Source: Candidatus Zixiibacteriota bacterium
GTDB taxonomy: Bacteria; Zixibacteria; MSB-5A5; GN15; JAAZOE01
Direction: 5' to 3'
Assembly (NCBI GenBank): GCA_043819555.1
Contig: JBDREQ010000025.1
Location: 32,001-96,000, forward strand
Length of the DNA stretch: 64,000 bases
Below, piece by piece: positions 29,188 through 38,674 of this stretch. The notes beneath the pieces were generated by a model that was not told the DNA's origin, ran no database searches, and saw nothing but the letters and a program-made list of their open reading frames with translations. The translations under genes were made by a program, and so were the position numbers. Numbering within the stretch: position 1 is the stretch's first letter; each line of letters opens with the position of its first letter.

Positions 29188-31917
29188 ATGAGCAAAAGGA
29201 AAAGTAAAAACGGGAAATACTTCGGCACCTCAAAGGCAGTTTCGAATATCTCGAGAGAGGCATACGGTTCAGATGCGTCCATTTATAGGATATTTCCTCA
29301 GGAAGTTTATTGTCCTTCCACATTGCCTGAACTTTTTGATATAGTCCGGAAATCCCTAAAAAATCAAATGCCTGTGACTCCGAGGGGAGGGGGAACCGGT
29401 TTATCCGGAGGGGCTCTGGGAACCGGCGCTGTCATAGATTGTTCGAGATTGGCCAATATTAACTCAATAGATGTCAGCGCCAGGACTGTGACCTGCCAAA
29501 CGGGAATCATCTACAGCGATTTGAATCGCCGCCTCAAGAAAGATAGTTTGTTCTTTCCACCTGATCCATCATCCGGTGATAGCTGCCAGATAGGAGGCAT
29601 GCTGGCTAATAATTCATCCGGCCCAAGATCAGTGAAATACGGTTTGACATCTCATTATGTTGAAGAAATAAAAATAATTAATGCACAGGGCAAAGAGGTT
29701 GAGTTAAAAAAAATGGCGCTTGATAGTGATGAATTGAATGAATTTGTCACGCGTTTTCCAGAATATTATAAACTCCTGGGGCTTCTGACCGAAAACAAAA
29801 AACTTATTCAGGACAATTGGCCGAAGGTCAAAAAGAACTCAGCCGGATATAATTTAAGACAGGTTGCAGATGATTTTGATAAAGGAATATTTAATTTGCC
29901 GGCCCTATATGTCGGTTCCGAAGGGACATTGGGATTATTTGTTTCTGTAAAGCTGAGTTTGCGGACCCTTCCGGATGAGAATTTATCATACCGATTATTT
30001 TTTGAATCTCTTGAGCAGGCAGGACAGGCAATCATGCCGCTGATGTCAACCAATCCATCGGCGCTTGAAATCGTTGACGGCTCGACACTTGATTTGATAG
30101 GCCGGGATGAATTTTCGATTCCTGCCAATGCCGATGCGATGCTGCTTCTTGAGTATGACGCTGACATAAAAGCAGCCAGACTAAAATTGGATAATATTCT
30201 TTCTCGACTGAATTTATTACATCCGCCCGAAGAAGCGGATGATACGGAAAAACAATCGAAATTATGGGCAGCGCGCCGCGCCATTGTTCCAATATTGTAT
30301 CGTCATGATTCGATAAAACGGCCGTTGCCTTTTATTGAAGACGCATCTTTACCAATTGGAAGTCTCCCCGAATTTATCGCCTGGGTCAGGGAGAGATTGG
30401 AAAGAAGGGGACTGGTCTTTGGACTTTTTGGCCATATCGGCGACGGCAATCTGCATATTCGGCCGCTTTTAAATTTGGCGAATGATAATGACTTTAAAAC
30501 CCTGAAGGAATTGTATGGCGAGGTCTACGTAAAAATTATTTCTCTGAAAGGATCGAGTACGGCTGAACATGCCGACGGACGTCTCCGGGCTCCCGTAGTT
30601 AAAAACGTCTATGGCGAAGAGATTTATAAGATATTTAAAGAATTAAAATCTATCCTTGATCCGGATAATCTTATGAATCCAGGAGTGATATTATCTACCG
30701 ATGATTTCACCGAAAATATTGACCTGAAAAAACTTGAACTGGCCTGTGCCGCCTGCGGAAAATGCAATGGATATTGCCCGGCGTTTGAAATTTTCCGCCG
30801 TGAGGATATGTCTCCGAGGGGTTGGCTGCGCATGCTTCATTTCAGCGAAAATGATCATCATGTATTATCGGAGTCATTAAAGTTTTGTTTGAACTGTAAA
30901 AACTGCACGACGGTATGTCCGGCCGGTATTGATATTGCCGAAGAGATTTTGAAATATAAAGCCAGTCATCCGAATTACAAAGCCGGCCGGATAATCACGG
31001 TTTTTGATAAAAAGTCAGTCTTTGAAAAGGTAATGAATATTTCCGCTTTAGCCAATCCGATTATCTCTTCAAGAATTGCTAAAAGTATAATTTCAACTCT
31101 CGGGAAGTCTCCGTTTGGATTTGATAATGAAGTGGAATTACCGCTGCCCGCTCGCAGGAATTTTCGTCAGAGATATAAACGACTAATTGACTCCGATTCC
31201 GGCGTTGCGATATTTCATGGATGCGCTGACAATTATTTTGAATCGAAAACATGCGATGCTCTGGTTCATGTTTTGGAGCGTTTGGATATGCATCCCGCCA
31301 TTCCCGCGCAGGATTGCTGTGGATTGCCGATGGAAGTATATGGCCATCGCGATAATATGATTGCAAAAGCCAGGAAGAATCTGGATGCATTGGACGAGTA
31401 TGATGCGATTATATTCACATGCGCATCATGCCTGCATCGAATTCAAGATTATAGCATCCTTTTTGAAGAAAATTCTGAATACTGGCATAAAGCTGATTCG
31501 ATTAAAAACAGGTTGTTTGATATTTGCGGGTATTTGTTGACGATTAGGGAAAAATTGCCGCAGCTAAAAACGAAAAAACCAATTCGATTGACCTATCATC
31601 ATCCCTGTCACCTGCGGGCGGCGAAAAAAGAGAATGAGCCGCTGAAACTGCTGGGTATGATTGATGGAATTGAGATTATTCATCCTGAGCTGGCGGGGAG
31701 ATGTTGCGGACAGGCGGGGTCCTTTGGGTATATACACTATCAGGAAGGCAAAGCGATGTTTGATCGCAAGCGGGAAGAATATCTCGATTTTGGCGTGAAA
31801 CATATAGTCAGCAGTTGTCCCTCCTGCATCGCAAAGATTAAGAAAGAGATGGGATCTGAATATCATGTTTGCCATCCAATTGAAATAATCTCAGACATAA
31901 TTTCGGGGAAATTATAG
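29188..31917 (+). CDS. FAD-linked oxidoreductase with 4Fe-4S and CCG domains (GlcD/GlcF-like 2-hydroxyacid dehydrogenase)
   Basis: PRGGGTGLSG, GSEGTLG, GHIGDGNLH, EH.DG, CxxCxxCxxxCP twice and CCG repeats. Confidence 0.88.
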   Translation: MSKRKSKNGKYFGTSKAVSNISREAYGSDASIYRIFPQEVYCPSTLPELFDIVRKSLKNQMPVTPRGGGTGLSGGALGTGAVIDCSRLANINSIDVSARTVTCQTGIIYSDLNRRLKKDSLFFPPDPSSGDSCQIGGMLANNSSGPRSVKYGLTSHYVEEIKIINAQGKEVELKKMALDSDELNEFVTRFPEYYKLLGLLTENKKLIQDNWPKVKKNSAGYNLRQVADDFDKGIFNLPALYVGSEGTLGLFVSVKLSLRTLPDENLSYRLFFESLEQAGQAIMPLMSTNPSALEIVDGSTLDLIGRDEFSIPANADAMLLLEYDADIKAARLKLDNILSRLNLLHPPEEADDTEKQSKLWAARRAIVPILYRHDSIKRPLPFIEDASLPIGSLPEFIAWVRERLERRGLVFGLFGHIGDGNLHIRPLLNLANDNDFKTLKELYGEVYVKIISLKGSSTAEHADGRLRAPVVKNVYGEEIYKIFKELKSILDPDNLMNPGVILSTDDFTENIDLKKLELACAACGKCNGYCPAFEIFRREDMSPRGWLRMLHFSENDHHVLSESLKFCLNCKNCTTVCPAGIDIAEEILKYKASHPNYKAGRIITVFDKKSVFEKVMNISALANPIISSRIAKSIISTLGKSPFGFDNEVELPLPARRNFRQRYKRLIDSDSGVAIFHGCADNYFESKTCDALVHVLERLDMHPAIPAQDCCGLPMEVYGHRDNMIAKARKNLDALDEYDAIIFTCASCLHRIQDYSILFEENSEYWHKADSIKNRLFDICGYLLTIREKLPQLKTKKPIRLTYHHPCHLRAAKKENEPLKLLGMIDGIEIIHPELAGRCCGQAGSFGYIHYQEGKAMFDRKREEYLDFGVKHIVSSCPSCIAKIKKEMGSEYHVCHPIEIISDIISGKL

Positions 31918-31918
31918 T

Positions 31919-32473
31919 ATGAGCGAAAAGGAAATATCATCCCGGAAAAAAGGGTTTATTATTGTTTATACGGGGAACGGAAAAGGAAAGACTACGGCCG
32001 CATTGGGATTGTGCGTTCGAGCGGTTGGGCATGGGAACAAAATCGGCATTATTCAGTTTATCAAAAGTGATTGGGAATATGGAGAGTTGAAAGGATTAAA
32101 GCAATTATCACCAGCGATTGACATCCAAACGCTGGGCGCCGGATGTATCGGGATAATGGGCGATGAGAAGCCTTTGGAAGAACATAAAAAGGCGGCGAAT
32201 AAGGCGTTGAATGCGGCAATCAAAGTGGTTCAGTCGGAAAAATATAATATATTGATACTGGATGAGATTAATGTGGCAATTAATCTTGGATTAATAACGA
32301 CGGATCAGGTTATGGAATTTTTGAAAAATAAACCGGCACATTTGAATATCGTATTGACGGGTCGAAACGCTCCGGCTGAATTAATCGAGGCCGCCGATCT
32401 GGTGACTGAAATGAAAGAGATAAAACATCCTTTTCAAAAAGGCATCCCGGCTCGCAAAGGAATTGATTTTTAA
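31919..32473 (+). CDS. cobO: Cob(I)yrinic acid a,c-diamide adenosyltransferase (CobO/BtuR)
   Basis: YTGNGKGKTTAALG, QFIK, ILDEI, TGR.AP, ADLVTEM..IKHP motifs. Confidence 0.93.
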   Translation: MSEKEISSRKKGFIIVYTGNGKGKTTAALGLCVRAVGHGNKIGIIQFIKSDWEYGELKGLKQLSPAIDIQTLGAGCIGIMGDEKPLEEHKKAANKALNAAIKVVQSEKYNILILDEINVAINLGLITTDQVMEFLKNKPAHLNIVLTGRNAPAELIEAADLVTEMKEIKHPFQKGIPARKGIDF

Positions 32474-32478
32474 TAATT

Positions 32479-33402
32479 ATGTCAAATGATGATTTCACTC
32501 ATAATTCAATTAATACAGTGGCGGTTTTGGGTGGCAGCGGGTTTATCGGTTCACATTTGGTTTTGCAGTTATTACAACTTGGTTATACGCTAAACATCCT
32601 ATCCAATAAAACCTTGCCTGATTTGATTTCTCCAAGAGGACGAATTAATATTATCAAGGGAAATATCGAGGATGCCGCTTCGCTTGAGAAGTGTTTGGAT
32701 GGTTGCGACGCGGTTTATCATCTGGTCGGAATAATTGCGGAAACAAAAAATAAAACGTTTCATAAAACAGTGGTGATGGGAACGCGGAATGTCATCGAAG
32801 CGGCTCAGAAATGCGGCGTGTCAAAAGTATTTTATCTTTCGGCGCTAGGGACGAATGAAAATTCAAATTCACTTTATTTTCAATCCAAATGGGCCGCGGA
32901 AAAAATAATTAGAAATTCAGGAATTGATTTTACGATCTTTCGACCATCAATTGTCTATGGACCGGAGGATGAGTTCGTCAATAAAATTGTCAAGCTGATA
33001 AAGTATTCACCGCTTATTCCTGTAATTGGTGACGGATTGTATAAATTGCAGCCGGTGTATGTTGATGAACTTTGCGCCGTCATGGCGCTATCGAGCCAAC
33101 GCGATTTTACAACGGGCAAGACTTATGAAATCGGCGGACCACAGCAGTTGACATATCTGGAAATTCTTGATATAATCAAAAACACTCTGGGCATAAAAAA
33201 ATATAATATTCATCTGCCAATTGGGCTGGTCAGAGTCGTTGCCAGAGTGCTGGAAAAAATAATGAAACCGGCGCCGATAACGATTGATCAATTAAATATG
33301 ATGGCGGCCGGTTCGATATGTGATCAGACAATCGTTGAGAACGAGTTTGGAGCGAAGTTTTCATCAATGGAATCACAGTTACCCGGTTATTTGAGGAGAT
33401 AA
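32479..33402 (+). CDS. Complex I NDUFA9-like NAD(P)-dependent SDR
   Basis: GGSGFIG, Y..SK..AE, RPS.VYG.ED and LQPVYV motifs. Confidence 0.8.
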   Translation: MSNDDFTHNSINTVAVLGGSGFIGSHLVLQLLQLGYTLNILSNKTLPDLISPRGRINIIKGNIEDAASLEKCLDGCDAVYHLVGIIAETKNKTFHKTVVMGTRNVIEAAQKCGVSKVFYLSALGTNENSNSLYFQSKWAAEKIIRNSGIDFTIFRPSIVYGPEDEFVNKIVKLIKYSPLIPVIGDGLYKLQPVYVDELCAVMALSSQRDFTTGKTYEIGGPQQLTYLEILDIIKNTLGIKKYNIHLPIGLVRVVARVLEKIMKPAPITIDQLNMMAAGSICDQTIVENEFGAKFSSMESQLPGYLRR

Positions 33403-33405
33403 ATT

Positions 33406-34341
33406 ATGGCTGAAGAAAAAAATTATGATATCGTAATCGTCGGCGGAGGTCCCGGAGGCATAACTGCCGGACTGTATGGTTCTCGGGCTAATTTGAAAAC
33501 CGTGATGATAGAAAAATATATGCCCGGCGGCCAAATCGCCAATACCGAGGAAGTTGAAGACTATCCCGGATTCGAGCATATCTCCGGAGCTGAGCTGGCT
33601 ATGAAAATGACTGACCACGCCAAAAAATTCGGCCTTGAGGTTTTATCCGATGAAATTGTTGAAATACGTTCCGAGGGTGATTATCGCAAGGTTGCCGTTG
33701 GCGTCAGCGGCGATACCTATGTCGGCAAAGCAATGGTGGTATGCACCGGCGGTACGCCGGTACTACTCAATGTTCCCGGAGAAAAAGAGCTGACCGGTCG
33801 AGGCGTGTCTTACTGCGCCATCTGTGATGGAGCTTTTTTCAAAGAGCAGGTTATTGCGGTTGCCGGCGGGGGAGACGCCGCGGTTGAAGAGGCGATTTTT
33901 TTGACCAAGTTCGGCTCCAAAGTTATTATTATCCATCGCCGTGATAAACTGCGGGCGCAAAAAATTATTCAGGAGCGTGCCTTCAATAATCCCAAAATCG
34001 AATTTATCTGGGATTCGGTCGTGGAGAAAATTAACGGCGAGGCAAAGATCGAATCATTATCTTTAAAGAATGTAAAAACCGGTGAGATTTCGACGCTTGA
34101 TGTCGGAGCCTGTTTCGTATTTATTGGATTTAAACCAAATACAAGTATTCTCCCTGATGATATCAAGATGAATGAACAGGGTTATGTAATTACAGATTAT
34201 AAAATGGAAACTTCGGTACCGGGCATATACGTCTGCGGTGATATTCGGGTGCAGTTAGTACGCCAGATTACCAATGCTGTCGGCGATGGCACGACCGCGG
34301 CGATGGCTGCTGTTTACCGAATCGAGGAGATGGAAGGATAG
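33406..34341 (+). CDS. trxB: Thioredoxin-disulfide reductase
   Basis: GGGPGG, GVSYCAICDG, GGGDAAVEEA and HRRD.LRA motifs. Confidence 0.95.
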   Translation: MAEEKNYDIVIVGGGPGGITAGLYGSRANLKTVMIEKYMPGGQIANTEEVEDYPGFEHISGAELAMKMTDHAKKFGLEVLSDEIVEIRSEGDYRKVAVGVSGDTYVGKAMVVCTGGTPVLLNVPGEKELTGRGVSYCAICDGAFFKEQVIAVAGGGDAAVEEAIFLTKFGSKVIIIHRRDKLRAQKIIQERAFNNPKIEFIWDSVVEKINGEAKIESLSLKNVKTGEISTLDVGACFVFIGFKPNTSILPDDIKMNEQGYVITDYKMETSVPGIYVCGDIRVQLVRQITNAVGDGTTAAMAAVYRIEEMEG

Positions 34342-34411
34342 ATATTCTCCGATTTATCATTACGGCTCTTGCGTTGGAATCAAACGGAACAATTTCTCAC
34401 GCCACTCAATC

Positions 34412-34541
34412 TTGTCATGCCAGACGCCAATCAGTTCTTCATACGCTGTATGGATTCCAGCTTGCGTTTTGCTACCGCCGAAACTTGCTGGAATGACAAA
34501 TTAAGATTTCTCCAATAAGGCTATTCCCCTCTTGAGAGGGG
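34412..34541. repeat. Extragenic palindromic / MITE-like element(s)
   Basis: Terminal inverted repeat TTGTCATGCCAG/CTGGAATGACAA, internal ATTCCAGC..GCTGGAAT, then CCCCTCT-TG-AGAGGGG. Related to 7041-7290. Confidence 0.55.
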
Positions 34542-34555
34542 AACAAACCAAAACG

Positions 34556-36175
34556 CTATTTTAGCAATATCATCTTCTTTGTCTCGGAATAATTGCCGGA
34601 AGTGATTTGATAGAAATAGATTCCTGTCGCGGTAGGGTTGCCGTTTTGATCTTTGCCGTCCCAGCTGACCTGGTGCATTCCCGCCGTTAAATGCGTTTCC
34701 AGCAAAACGGTAATCAACTCTCCAAGTAAATTATATATCGTTATCTCTGTGTATTCAGATTGGGGAAGAGTAAACTCGATAATCGTTCCCGAATTAAATG
34801 GGTTTGGGAAATTTTGCTTAAGCTCAAAGTTTTCGGGAAGGTTCGGTAAGTCATCATCTATAGCTAACGGGTCTTGCCATCCGGCAACTATAAACATCCG
34901 ACCTTTATTCCAACTGCCATCTTCACTGTAAGCACCGACCAAAACATCATCTATCCCGTCTCCATCTACATCACCAACACGGGAAATGCTATTCCCCAGA
35001 TTCAACACCGAGCCATTTCGTCCCATCGCAGCCAGTTCCGCTTCAAAATCACTATCGGTGAAAATAACATCAACAACTGTGTCCATTTCAGGACCACAAT
35101 ACATGAATGAAATTCGATTATGGAGGTTAGTCGCATAAACCAGTATTACATCATCCCAACCATCATTGTTTATATCACCAATGTTTTCAATATAGTTTCC
35201 ACTTACCTGGCTACTCACATAAGAATAATCTAACCCATAATCAACCGTCGTATCGAATGGTGATCCCCCAAGATAAACATAATTTCGTCCGCCCTGGCGC
35301 ACCCATAAATCATCAATTCCATCACCGCTAATATCACCCATACAATCTAAATCTGATCCGAATAATTGATCGTCCATCGCTCCCATTCCTGGGGCGTAAA
35401 ATACTAAATCTGGAGATTCAGATATATCCTGTCCACCCCACACTATGCAAACTCGCCCCAACCCACCGATATTTCCATATTTCTCCCCCCATATTATATC
35501 GGGAAATGAATCGCCATTTACATCACAATCACTACATATATATACACTCATCACATATCCCAAACGGGGCGATTCGGTTCTTAAAATACCAAAATCAAAT
35601 AAGTCATCTAATTGACTACATGTTTCAAAACCGTAAATTGTATCATTCTGTGAGCTACTGCCTTCCCAAGGATACACCCAAAATTCATGTATCCCATTTT
35701 TATTATTGTCTGCACTAATAGAGAAGTTAAACATCCAGCTATCTTGTCCCGGTGTTGAATCTGAAAACAGAACCAAATAATCTTCAGTATCAAGGTTTTC
35801 TAATCCAAGACACAACTTTACCGTATCGGAATAATCAAAAACACCTATAAAGTCATTTGTACAATCGCAATCTACATCACCGACATTTACAGGGCCATGA
35901 TACAACGAAGTGTAATTAGTAAATGTAAGAGCTGGGGGATTGTCGAATGGCGCGGGGCCACCATAATACAAATACAAATATCCTGGTGTGCCAACAGTTA
36001 CCAAAAAATCTGCATATCCATCATTATTTATATCGCCCATACCCTCGCAGGCCCGACCGAGTTGATCGCCATAATTAGTTCCCTGCAACTCACCTATCAA
36101 CCTGAGTTCAACAGGCACAGCAAAAGAAGCCAACAATAATACACTAATGAATATCTGAACACAAACTTTCCGCAT
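34556..36175 (-). CDS. Secreted FG-GAP (integrin-alpha-like) repeat protein with FlgD-Ig/T9SS-like C-terminal domain
   Basis: Repeated GD.N.DG..D motifs; C-terminal QNFPNPFN..T.I.F...IYN.LG...WDG.D..G....GIYFY...KKMILLK. Confidence 0.8.
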   Translation of the reverse strand: MRKVCVQIFISVLLLASFAVPVELRLIGELQGTNYGDQLGRACEGMGDINNDGYADFLVTVGTPGYLYLYYGGPAPFDNPPALTFTNYTSLYHGPVNVGDVDCDCTNDFIGVFDYSDTVKLCLGLENLDTEDYLVLFSDSTPGQDSWMFNFSISADNNKNGIHEFWVYPWEGSSSQNDTIYGFETCSQLDDLFDFGILRTESPRLGYVMSVYICSDCDVNGDSFPDIIWGEKYGNIGGLGRVCIVWGGQDISESPDLVFYAPGMGAMDDQLFGSDLDCMGDISGDGIDDLWVRQGGRNYVYLGGSPFDTTVDYGLDYSYVSSQVSGNYIENIGDINNDGWDDVILVYATNLHNRISFMYCGPEMDTVVDVIFTDSDFEAELAAMGRNGSVLNLGNSISRVGDVDGDGIDDVLVGAYSEDGSWNKGRMFIVAGWQDPLAIDDDLPNLPENFELKQNFPNPFNSGTIIEFTLPQSEYTEITIYNLLGELITVLLETHLTAGMHQVSWDGKDQNGNPTATGIYFYQITSGNYSETKKMILLK

Positions 36176-36486
36176 AATCGGCCAATCGCTATATTATTTC
36201 CTTCACTCTCAATATACCACAAATCCCAAATCCGGCAAGAGGGATAATATTGTAAAGTATTGAGCTTTCTATAGAGTTTTTAATTTGGCTAATGATATAT
36301 TGCCGGAATTTTGTGCAGAGAATTGCGGTTTCGATAGATAAATACGCGAAATTACAATAGATGTTCAAGCTATTAGAAAACACCCGATACGGAGTTAAGG
36401 TTCTAACCAAATGCATTTGAAGAGGATATATAAAGATTGTGAATTCATATGGATTTCTGGATAGATTTATCCGGTTTATTTTACAT

Positions 36487-36503
36487 TTGGTCTGATATTT
36501 GCA
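36487..36503 (+). promoter_or_regulatory. Putative sigma54 (-24/-12) promoter
   Basis: TTGGTCTGATATTTGCA, with GG-N10-GC spacing and a TTGCA -12 element. Confidence 0.45.
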
Positions 36504-36555
36504 TTAATCCCAATCGAGAACATTGAATATTTGACTCCTGTGACTTGCTCAAGCT

Positions 36556-36622
36556 ATGGGAGTGGTGCGCATCCACATATTCCAAATATGTTTTTGCGGC
36601 TTCCCCCCTCCACCACTCCCAT
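36556..36622 (+). ncRNA. Candidate structured RNA (sRNA or leader)
   Basis: Perfect 12-bp stem ATGGGAGTGGTG/CACCACTCCCAT enclosing an inner stem and an unpaired C-rich tract. Confidence 0.4.
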
Positions 36623-36704
36623 TCTCATTATTTTCCCTACATAAAATGTTGATACTGCCGATAATTCAAAGGATTGCTTCTATATATTAACCGCGAGGGT
36701 AAAA

Positions 36705-38642
36705 TTGAAGGTCCCTGGAATTTTATATCGAATTTCGTTTTTGGTTCTGATTAATTCTATATTTATTTTTATCGCCGTCTCATATGTCAGCATAGAAAAT
36801 AATCAAACCAAAATTGACAAACTGGTTTCGTACCGTTTTGATTTCATCAGCGATTATTTTCGCGCGGAGTTGAATGAGGCGCGGCTTGTTCATAATCCCG
36901 ATTCCGGCATCGCCTTAATTGGCAGAACATATCTGGCGGATATATTTGAGCATTCCAGCAAATTTATGCGGGGATTGGGCGGTCTGACGCTCCTTGAGAC
37001 GAATTCCAATGATGCCAAATATAATGTATTGGCCGATTGCTATCGAGATGAATTGAATGATCTCAAAATAAACCTCTCCCAAAAAGTAGATGATGAAATT
37101 GATAAAGATAAATTAACAAAATCAGGAATTCAAATTGGTCCGCGTTATAATTCCGATATCGGGCGGATGTGTACGATTTATATTCCCTGGGAAGAGAATA
37201 ATCCAAACCTGATATTGGCGATAACTTTTATGCCGGAAGAATTTCTCGGCTCAGACTTCGAATATAATTTGACTCTGGTATTGCTGTTTTTGGCCATTAC
37301 GCTGATTAGTCTACTGACGGTCAATTTGCTTTTTAGGGACTTTATAAAGCCGCTTCGAAATTTAATCCGGGGCATGGAAAAAACCGCAAAAGGCGAAGTT
37401 TTGCACCAAATGGAAAAAGTAAGCGATCGGGAGATCGGCCGCGTAACGACAGCTTTTAATACCATGTCATCGTCACTATGGAAACAGCGCAAACGACTTA
37501 AAAGAGCATTTATTGAACTTAAACAGGCGAATAAATCACTTGAAAAATCAGAAGCGTTTTTATCGAAACTAATAACTAATTCACCGTTTGCCATTATAGC
37601 TACGGATAGCGAAAAGAGAATTAAGCTTTTTAATCAGGCCGCTCAGGAAATGTTCTGCTTTTCCAATGAAGCCGTCATTGGGCGGGAATTACTGCAGTTT
37701 TTCCCCTTTGCGCCGGAACGGGTATTTCCGGGTGATAGGCAAGAGACAGGAGTAGTCGAGCGGGAGATGATCTGCCAGAAGGATAATGGTGAGAGTTTTC
37801 CGGTGTTAGTTAACCGTGTAACGATACGGGATGAAAATTCAGAATCGGGCGGGCATCTGTTTATTATTCGTGATATTTCCGAATCCAAAAATTTCCAGGA
37901 AATGTTAATTTCAATTGACCGAATGGCCACCAGCGGCGCAATGGCCGGCGAGATTGCCCATGAGATTAATAATTATCTGGCGATTATTCTTGGTAATGTC
38001 GAGTTGTTGCCGCTGTTATTATCCAAAGGGAAAATGGATAAGGTGGAACAGAAGCTTGGAGTATTGCGGACTACAGTTACCAAAATACAGACCTTCGCGG
38101 AAGGATTGATGGGATACGGAAATGAAGAAGCCGTTTTTACCGCTGAAGATTTAAATCAGTGCATTGAAAACCTGATTGCCTTTTTGAAACCGCAGAATCG
38201 TTATGATGATATATCCTTTAATGTGGATTTGTCTCGCAATTTACCGTTGGTTGAATTTGACGGCAGTCAGATACAGCAGTTGCTTGTAAATCTGCTGAAT
38301 AATGCCGCCGATGCCTTACGGGAAATCACTGACGAAAGAATAATTTCAATTTCTACCGACATCGACAGAGACAATAGCCAGGCCAAAATAAAAATTGCCG
38401 ATAATGCGGGAGGATTACCCGAAGATATAGATGGTTATATCTTTGAAAGACGATATACCGGCAAAAGGCGCGGCCGGGGATTTGGATTGGTTATTGTCAA
38501 ACGTATTATTAATAAGCATAATGGGCATATATCATATCAATCCAAAGTCGGATCGGGTACCAGTTTTGAGATTACAATACCATTGAGCAAGCCGGTAACG
38601 ATTGAAGCGGAAGAATCGACTCGCGAACAAGTTACCACTTGA
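36705..38642 (+). CDS. Sensor histidine kinase (TM-HAMP-PAS-HisKA-HATPase)
   Basis: AHEINNYL H-box, QLLVNLLNNA.DA N-box, IADNAGG and G.GFGL. Confidence 0.9.
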   Translation: MKVPGILYRISFLVLINSIFIFIAVSYVSIENNQTKIDKLVSYRFDFISDYFRAELNEARLVHNPDSGIALIGRTYLADIFEHSSKFMRGLGGLTLLETNSNDAKYNVLADCYRDELNDLKINLSQKVDDEIDKDKLTKSGIQIGPRYNSDIGRMCTIYIPWEENNPNLILAITFMPEEFLGSDFEYNLTLVLLFLAITLISLLTVNLLFRDFIKPLRNLIRGMEKTAKGEVLHQMEKVSDREIGRVTTAFNTMSSSLWKQRKRLKRAFIELKQANKSLEKSEAFLSKLITNSPFAIIATDSEKRIKLFNQAAQEMFCFSNEAVIGRELLQFFPFAPERVFPGDRQETGVVEREMICQKDNGESFPVLVNRVTIRDENSESGGHLFIIRDISESKNFQEMLISIDRMATSGAMAGEIAHEINNYLAIILGNVELLPLLLSKGKMDKVEQKLGVLRTTVTKIQTFAEGLMGYGNEEAVFTAEDLNQCIENLIAFLKPQNRYDDISFNVDLSRNLPLVEFDGSQIQQLLVNLLNNAADALREITDERIISISTDIDRDNSQAKIKIADNAGGLPEDIDGYIFERRYTGKRRGRGFGLVIVKRIINKHNGHISYQSKVGSGTSFEITIPLSKPVTIEAEESTREQVTT

Positions 38643-38674
38643 CAGTCTAATAGTAATCATCATACTTTGAAGCA

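Noticed and set aside
33406..34341. Selenoprotein candidates given the presence of tRNA-Sec
   Set aside because: TrxB has a normal CAIC motif and ends in TAG. The TGA stops examined (ferredoxin, Rrf2, mglB, kinase) fall at expected protein ends. This was not an exhaustive search.
36189..36416. 75-aa minus-strand ORF
   Set aside because: AT-rich intergenic sequence with no convincing RBS or motif.
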